From Planctomycetota bacterium (lineage in GTDB: Bacteria; Planctomycetota; GCA-002687715; DRQF01), in the NCBI GenBank assembly GCA_036479435.1, contig JAZGFI010000087.1, positions 1 to 21,205 of the forward strand: a DNA stretch of 21,205 nucleotides. Reading direction: 5' to 3'. Numbering within the stretch: position 1 is the stretch's first letter; the number at the start of each line of letters is the position of its first letter. The notes beneath the pieces were generated by a model. The model made no database searches and was not told the origin of the DNA. It worked only from the letters and a program-made list of their open reading frames with translations. This document shows, piece by piece, positions 16,377-21,205 of this stretch. Made by a program: the position numbers and the translations under genes.

Positions 16377-18650
16377 TTAGCGGTCGGCTTGGGAGTGGAA
16401 GAACTCAAGGGCCTCGATCATCGAGTAGGGGATGTAGCCGAGGTCGTTACACATTCGATCGCGGAACTTGCTGGCTACGGCTTGGCTTTCGTCGTCAAGT
16501 GACCCTGCCCTTGCCCCCTCTAGGACTAAGACGTCGGTAACGAGCTTTTGCACCTCTTGCAGTCGCTCCAAAAAGACGTTCTCTTCGAGTTTTCGCCGGA
16601 GGTCATCGAAAACGCGGCCGAAGACGATATCTTCTTCGGGATGTTCGAGGCGATAGACCGCGACCCGCGTCATCATTCCCGTGCGCGCGGATTCGATGTC
16701 TTGTGTTAGGTCCATCAACTTCTCGATGCGGGCCATGAATTCCAGATCGGGATCTTGGTCGCGGCCAGTACTGGCGTCGTGGACTTTCTCGGAGGTCTTA
16801 TGGGCCCGAAGGTGGTTCAAGTATTTGGACAGCAAACGATCATACTCACGGTCCTCCACCATATCCGCGGCCTGCAGCACATCGATACGGATTAAGCCGC
16901 CGAGATGGCTTTCGATCTCCGCCAAGAATCTCTCGCATTCATGATAGTGGTTGCGACTCGGCTTGAGGCGCAAGAACTCATAGAGCGCCGCCTCTTTCAT
17001 GAGATCCGGGATGGCCTTTAGGATCGAGAGCGCCGAGATGCAATCGCCGCTGGGACTGATCGCGACTTCGGATAGCAGCGTCGACATCTCGCGGGCGGAC
17101 GCTCCGCGGCGCCCCTCGTAGGCTGCATCCCAAGTTCCTTCGAATTCGGCTTCGAACTTGTCGTACTCGGCGCTCATCGTGGGAATGTGACTACGAAGAA
17201 GGTTGCGCTCTTCGTTATTGAGATCGCGAGGCAGCTCACCGCGGTCGTAGAGCTTGGCTTTTTGCAGCGGGCTCAAACGAGAGACGACCTTGCGCAGCGT
17301 CTCGTCTTCAAGGTTGGCGTATGGCTCCATCAAGCGCGTCAGCACCGCCCACAGGGCCGCGATCTCAGTGGTGTGCGGAGCGACATGGATGTGGCCGGGT
17401 AGTTTTTCGAGTTGGCGTTCGTAAAGCTCCTGCTCTTGCGAAAAACGCAACAGGTACGGCACCCTGATTAGCTCCAGCCGCGCCTTGAAGGACGAGAACA
17501 TCGGGTCCCTGCGAAAAGCGGACAAATAACTCTCGTTGCTCGTGCCAACTAAGAGGACGTTGAGCAGCGCCGAGAAGTTGGGCAGATTCATGGTCCCATT
17601 CTCGGCGGTCGTCAGCAGATACTTGTTGGCCTCGATGGGACGTTTGAGAAAGTCGCTGTACTCAACGATGCCGCCGTTGGCGTCGACGAGATCGCCAACC
17701 GCTTCGAACAAGGCCTCGTTTTGCAGCACTGGCGGCAGACCATTGACGGTCGCGTGCCCGATCTGACGGGAAGAGGCATCCATGTTGCCTTGCGGCTCAA
17801 TGGTGACCGCGGCGCTACGGTAGCGTTTGTTGATGTAAAAACGTTCAACCTGAACATGGCGAATGACGCGCCGCCAATCGCCGTGATAGGAGCTTAGGAG
17901 AGACTCGTAGATGCGCCGCGACTTGGGAGAGAGGTCTCCCTCGCTAAGGAACCGGGTCTCGACAAAAGCCTCGTTCTCATCGTGGTCGCCGCCATCGGCT
18001 TTGGCATCCTCGATAGCCTTCGCCAAAAGTCTTGTGCGCTCGGCGCGCGGAATCAGAAAGATGGGGTTTTCATTGAGCTCGCAGGGGATTTTCGCGGAGA
18101 TCCGATCCGGCGGAAGATGGGCGAAAGAATCCAGGTCTTCGTCGGGCCCCACCGGCGAAAATCCAAGGCGTTCACCTTGATCATCGGACTCGCTAAAGAC
18201 CCAGTTAAACCTCAGCAACATGCCTTCATCTCTGCAGCTGTAAGTTTCAAGTCCACGCGTGAAAGCCTGAACGATAGTGGTCTTGCTCGACCCGTTGGGC
18301 CCGTGCAACAACAGCATGCGATCTACTTGCCGCCGTTGAATGAACTCGCGCAGACAGCGGTAGATCTCATTCTGAACCCGTTCTTGGCCGACGACTCGGT
18401 AACGTCCGCCGCCCTCTTCGTCGTCGAATACTTTGAAGCGCCGAATCTGCTGGCCCATCCCGTCCACAGTTTCGCTGCCGTAGAAATCCATCATGTCCGT
18501 TGCGTATTGCGCAACATTGCGGGTCAGGCGGTAGGGATGTGCAAGGAGCAACTCAAGATACTCAGCGAAAGACAAGATGGTCCGCTGCTCTCGAAACCGA
18601 GCCTCCGATTTCTCGTTGAGCGCACTCAAGATCTCGTCGACAGATTGCAT
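16377..18650 (-). CDS. prkA: PrkA/YeaG family AAA+ serine protein kinase
   Basis: Walker A LLLHGPNGSSKTT, DANGGIVEYSDFLKRP, RVPYLL, HVAPHT, YEGRRGASARE, LGY at the C-terminus. GGGAG upstream of the ATG. Confidence 0.85.
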   Translation of the reverse strand: MQSVDEILSALNEKSEARFREQRTILSFAEYLELLLAHPYRLTRNVAQYATDMMDFYGSETVDGMGQQIRRFKVFDDEEGGGRYRVVGQERVQNEIYRCLREFIQRRQVDRMLLLHGPNGSSKTTIVQAFTRGLETYSCRDEGMLLRFNWVFSESDDQGERLGFSPVGPDEDLDSFAHLPPDRISAKIPCELNENPIFLIPRAERTRLLAKAIEDAKADGGDHDENEAFVETRFLSEGDLSPKSRRIYESLLSSYHGDWRRVIRHVQVERFYINKRYRSAAVTIEPQGNMDASSRQIGHATVNGLPPVLQNEALFEAVGDLVDANGGIVEYSDFLKRPIEANKYLLTTAENGTMNLPNFSALLNVLLVGTSNESYLSAFRRDPMFSSFKARLELIRVPYLLRFSQEQELYERQLEKLPGHIHVAPHTTEIAALWAVLTRLMEPYANLEDETLRKVVSRLSPLQKAKLYDRGELPRDLNNEERNLLRSHIPTMSAEYDKFEAEFEGTWDAAYEGRRGASAREMSTLLSEVAISPSGDCISALSILKAIPDLMKEAALYEFLRLKPSRNHYHECERFLAEIESHLGGLIRIDVLQAADMVEDREYDRLLSKYLNHLRAHKTSEKVHDASTGRDQDPDLEFMARIEKLMDLTQDIESARTGMMTRVAVYRLEHPEEDIVFGRVFDDLRRKLEENVFLERLQEVQKLVTDVLVLEGARAGSLDDESQAVASKFRDRMCNDLGYIPYSMIEALEFFHSQADR

Positions 18651-18723
18651 CTACAGCTCCCAGCTTGAAGGTTAGATCCGAAGGATACCTGTTTCGCAGG
18701 CGGTACATCGCCTGGGGCGTCAC

Positions 18724-18761
18724 AAAAAAAACCACCCCGACGCAATGAGCGCCGAGGTGGT
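18724..18761 (-). terminator. Rho-independent terminator of the tRNA operon
   Basis: On the minus strand ACCACCTCGGCGC-TCATT-GCGTCGGGGTGGT is followed by a T7 run, immediately after tRNA-Glu. Confidence 0.85.
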
Positions 18762-18766
18762 ATGGA

Positions 18767-18841
18767 TGACCCCGCGGGGATTTGAACCCCGGTTGCCAGG
18801 ATGAAAACCTGGTGTCCTGGACCTGACTAGACGACGGGGCC
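18767..18841 (-). tRNA. tRNA-Glu (TTC)
   Basis: GGCCCCGTCGTCTAGTCAGGTCCAGGACACCAGGTTTTCATCCTGGCAACCGGGGTTCAAATCCCCGCGGGGTCA. Anticodon arm CCAGG-TT TTC AT-CCTGG, T-loop GGTTCAAATCC. Confidence 0.96.
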
Positions 18842-18853
18842 GTCATTTTTTAG

Positions 18854-18926
18854 TGAGGACAGAAGGACTCGAACCTTCGACCCGCTCCTTAAAAGGGAGC
18901 TGCTCTGCCGACTGAGCTATGTCCCC
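18854..18926 (-). tRNA. tRNA-Lys (TTT)
   Basis: GGGGACATAGCTCAGTCGGCAGAGCAGCTCCCTTTTAAGGAGCGGGTCGAAGGTTCGAGTCCTTCTGTCCTCA. Anticodon arm GCTCC-CT TTT AA-GGAGC. Confidence 0.96.
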
Positions 18927-19005
18927 TGACGAGCAGGCTCTCATCGAGCCAATCGTCCTCTGAGCAAATCGGCGGCGCCTAAACGCCAGCTCTTTCACTC
19001 GGATT

Positions 19006-19039
19006 GGGCGCATTATAGACACCCATTTCACCGATTCAA
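19006..19039 (-). promoter_or_regulatory. Sigma70-type stable-RNA promoter of the tRNA-Lys/Glu operon
   Basis: Minus strand TTGAAT (19039-19034), 16-nt spacer, TATAAT (19017-19012), then the GC-rich discriminator GCGCCC. This is typical of stringently controlled rRNA/tRNA promoters. Confidence 0.75.
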
Positions 19040-19096
19040 CGGCTGCATGGGCCTCGATTTGCGGAAATTTCATCGGCTCGCCGAAAATCGGCGAGA

Positions 19097-19663
19097 TCAG
19101 ATCTCCATCAGCTCCTTCGACTTGCCCTTGGCGATGTCGTCGACCTGTTTTTCATTGGCCTTCGTCGCAGCCTGAATTTCCTCGAGGAGCTTTTTTAGAT
19201 CATCTTCGGTGAGAATACTGTCCTTTTTGGCCGCTTCAGCGGCCTTGTTGGCCTCTCGACGCACGTTGCGAATGGCGATACGTTGGGCTTCCGCCATCTC
19301 TTTGACTTTTCCCGCCATCTTCTTGCGAGTTTCTTCGGTCAATGGAGGCACGGACAGCCGAATGAGCTTGCCGTCGTTGTTGGGAGTGATCCCAATGTTC
19401 GCGGCCAAGATCGCTCTTTCGATCGCCTTGATCTGGGTGGCGTCAAAGGGCTTGACCGTAATCGTCTTCGGGTCGGGCGTTGAAATCTGAGCCAGCTGGC
19501 TCAATGGCGTCGGCGATCCGTAGTAGTCAACGCGAATCGTCTCGACCATCGTCGACGACGCGCGGCCGGTGCGTAGACCCTTCAGTTCGTCACCCAAAAA
19601 GGCGACGCACTTCTTCATTTTCTCATCGCCATCTTTGAGAATTCCGTCGTAGGAAATTTCCAT
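19097..19663 (-). CDS. frr: Ribosome recycling factor
   Basis: LRTGRAS, VDYYGSPTPLSQLA, PNNDG, PPLTEETRK, IRNVRR. Start MEISY after SD AAGGGGAG. Confidence 0.96.
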   Translation of the reverse strand: MEISYDGILKDGDEKMKKCVAFLGDELKGLRTGRASSTMVETIRVDYYGSPTPLSQLAQISTPDPKTITVKPFDATQIKAIERAILAANIGITPNNDGKLIRLSVPPLTEETRKKMAGKVKEMAEAQRIAIRNVRREANKAAEAAKKDSILTEDDLKKLLEEIQAATKANEKQVDDIAKGKSKELMEI

Positions 19664-19748
19664 GCTTGGTCTCCCCTTCTGTTTCAAAAAACTCGACGTG
19701 GTAAGCCCGGCGTCAGGGACGCTTTCGACTTCGAAACCGTACAAGGTC

Positions 19749-20510
19749 TCAACTATCCGGGCTCAAGTTCGCGATCAAAGTTCCAGCGCTTCCGTCCCCA
19801 GCGATCACTCGCTTGATGTTTGCAGAGTCCATCATGTTAAAGACCACGATAGGCAAGTCAGCCTCGCGACACATGGTAATTGCCGTGTGATCCATAACCC
19901 CGATGTGACGGTTAATGACCTCGAGAAAATCGATGGACTCGAGGCGCTCGGCATCGGCGTGGAGATTGGGGTCTTTGGTATAGACTCCGCCAACCTTTGT
20001 TCCCTTGAGGATAACGGTGCAACCGAGCTCGCGCGCACGCAAAGCAGCTGCGGTGTCTGTGCTAACGAAGGGATTCCCGGTGCCTGCGGCGAGGATCACC
20101 ACCCGCCCCTTTTCCAAGTGGCGCATCGCCCGCCTGCGAATATAGGGCTCGACAACTTGATCGATACGAATCGCCGACAGCACACGCGACTGCACACCCA
20201 TGGCCTCAAGTGCACCCTGCATCGCCAAGGCGTTGATAACCGTACCGAGCATGCCCATGTAGTCGGCCGTCCCTCGATCAATGTCAAGATGACCGAGAGT
20301 CGCGCCCCGAATCAAGTTCCCGCCGCCGACCACGACGGCGGTTTCGATTCCCATCTTTTGAACGGTCGCGATCTGATCGCAGGCCGCGGCAATGGCATCC
20401 TTATCGAAACCAGACCCGCCCCGTTCGCACAATGACTCCCCGCTGACTTTCAGCAGGATGCGCGAAAAGGACGTTGCGCCAAAAGCGCTCTCGGTTTCAG
20501 GGCTTGACAC
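19749..20510 (-). CDS. pyrH: UMP kinase
   Basis: RILLKVSGESL, VVGGGNLIRG, ADYMGMLGTVIN, GTGNPFVSTDTAA, VYTKDP, VMDHTA. In tsf-pyrH-frr order. Confidence 0.97.
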   Translation of the reverse strand: MSSPETESAFGATSFSRILLKVSGESLCERGGSGFDKDAIAAACDQIATVQKMGIETAVVVGGGNLIRGATLGHLDIDRGTADYMGMLGTVINALAMQGALEAMGVQSRVLSAIRIDQVVEPYIRRRAMRHLEKGRVVILAAGTGNPFVSTDTAAALRARELGCTVILKGTKVGGVYTKDPNLHADAERLESIDFLEVINRHIGVMDHTAITMCREADLPIVVFNMMDSANIKRVIAGDGSAGTLIANLSPDS

Positions 20511-20512
20511 GC

Positions 20513-21115
20513 TTAGTCACCGATACGAAAGCGACTAAAACGCGCGATCGTGATGTTCTCGCCGAGCTTGGCGACGAGTTCCGTAACCACAGCGCCGACG
20601 GTCTGATCACCGTCGCCCATGAAGGGCTGCTCCAACAGAGCGTGCTCTTTCTTCCACTTCTTCATGCGGCCTTCGACGATCTTGGGCCAGAACTGCTCGG
20701 GCTTGCCAGACTCTTTCGCCTGACCTTCGTAGATCGACATTTCTTTGGCCAGGTCTTCCGGCGGCAAGTCATCCACCGACACCGCCAAGGGGACCGGATC
20801 GTTAGCCGCCACGTGCATGCAGATGTCAGAGAGGGCCTTTTGGAAATCTTCGTTGCCCGAACAAAAGTCTGTTTCGCAACAGAGTTCGACCATCGAGCCG
20901 ACTTTGCCATTGAAGTGAATGTAGGAGCCGACACGGCCTTCACCCATTTCGCGTCCGGCCTTTTTCGCGGCCTTGGAGATGCCCCGCTTGCGGAGGGCGT
21001 CAATGGCCTCTTTGATGTCGCCACTCGTTTCGTCGAGGGCTTTTTTGCAGTCCATCATGGGAGCACCCGTCGCTTCGCGGAGTTCCCGGACCAATTGTGC
21101 CGTCACTTTGCTCAT
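20513..21115 (-). CDS. tsf: Translation elongation factor Ts (short, ~200 aa form)
   Basis: VRELREATGAPMMDCKKAL, EGRVGSYIH, CETDF, MHVAA, SGKPE..KIVEGR, LLEQPF, GENITIARFSRF. Confidence 0.96.
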   Translation of the reverse strand: MSKVTAQLVRELREATGAPMMDCKKALDETSGDIKEAIDALRKRGISKAAKKAGREMGEGRVGSYIHFNGKVGSMVELCCETDFCSGNEDFQKALSDICMHVAANDPVPLAVSVDDLPPEDLAKEMSIYEGQAKESGKPEQFWPKIVEGRMKKWKKEHALLEQPFMGDGDQTVGAVVTELVAKLGENITIARFSRFRIGD

Positions 21116-21205
21116 CGTCGATCTTCTCGATTTTTCGTTTGGATGTTTGTCTGCTTGTCTTTTACCAGCGGTGGTGTCAGCGCCCATTAGGGGGGGCTGC
21201 CACCC

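Noticed and set aside
15357..18841. Tyrosine recombinase near tRNA genes as an integrative element
   Set aside because: The protein has housekeeping XerC/D signatures and size, the neighbours are core genes, and I found no duplicated tRNA 3' end (att site).
19662..21190. Long antisense ORFs (19662-20435, 20474-21190; likewise 10396-11157 and 17982-18668)
   Set aside because: They are shadow ORFs opposite well-supported genes, expected from high-GC codon bias, and have no recognisable motifs.
21187..21205. Possible 3' end of rpsB upstream of tsf
   Set aside because: Expected from synteny, but only a few codons are visible and no sequence signature supports it.
1..21205. CRISPR array or other long regular repeat array
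   Set aside because: No regularly spaced repeats were seen by eye in any intergenic region.

Overview
This is a GC-rich bacterial chromosomal segment, probably Planctomycetota (inferred from a DUF1501 gene and overall gene content). The left ~4.2 kb is accessory. It holds the right ends of two apparently nested insertion sequences (IS256-like inside IS3-like) that truncate a DUF1501 gene, a beta-carbonic anhydrase, a HEPN (RxxxxH) protein gene split by one in-frame TGA, and a ParD/ParE toxin-antitoxin pair. An ~11 kb minus-strand gene run follows: pabB, pabC-like, DUF2062, two membrane-anchored hypotheticals, xseA, xseB, ispA, dxs-like, GNAT, VIT1. After that come a divergent xerC, a PrkA/YeaG AAA+ kinase gene, a tRNA-Lys/tRNA-Glu operon with promoter and terminator, and tsf-pyrH-frr. 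The most notable item is the full-length dxs homologue in its canonical xseAB-ispA-dxs position. It has lost many invariant catalytic or substrate-binding residues (three His to Tyr, Arg to Tyr, Tyr to Pro) but keeps the ThDP/Mg motif and catalytic Glu, so it is a candidate pseudoenzyme or neofunctionalised enzyme. Also notable are a membrane-anchored coiled-coil protein ending in an LptF/G-like beta segment and the stop-interrupted HEPN gene. All family calls come from motif recognition by eye; no database searches were run.
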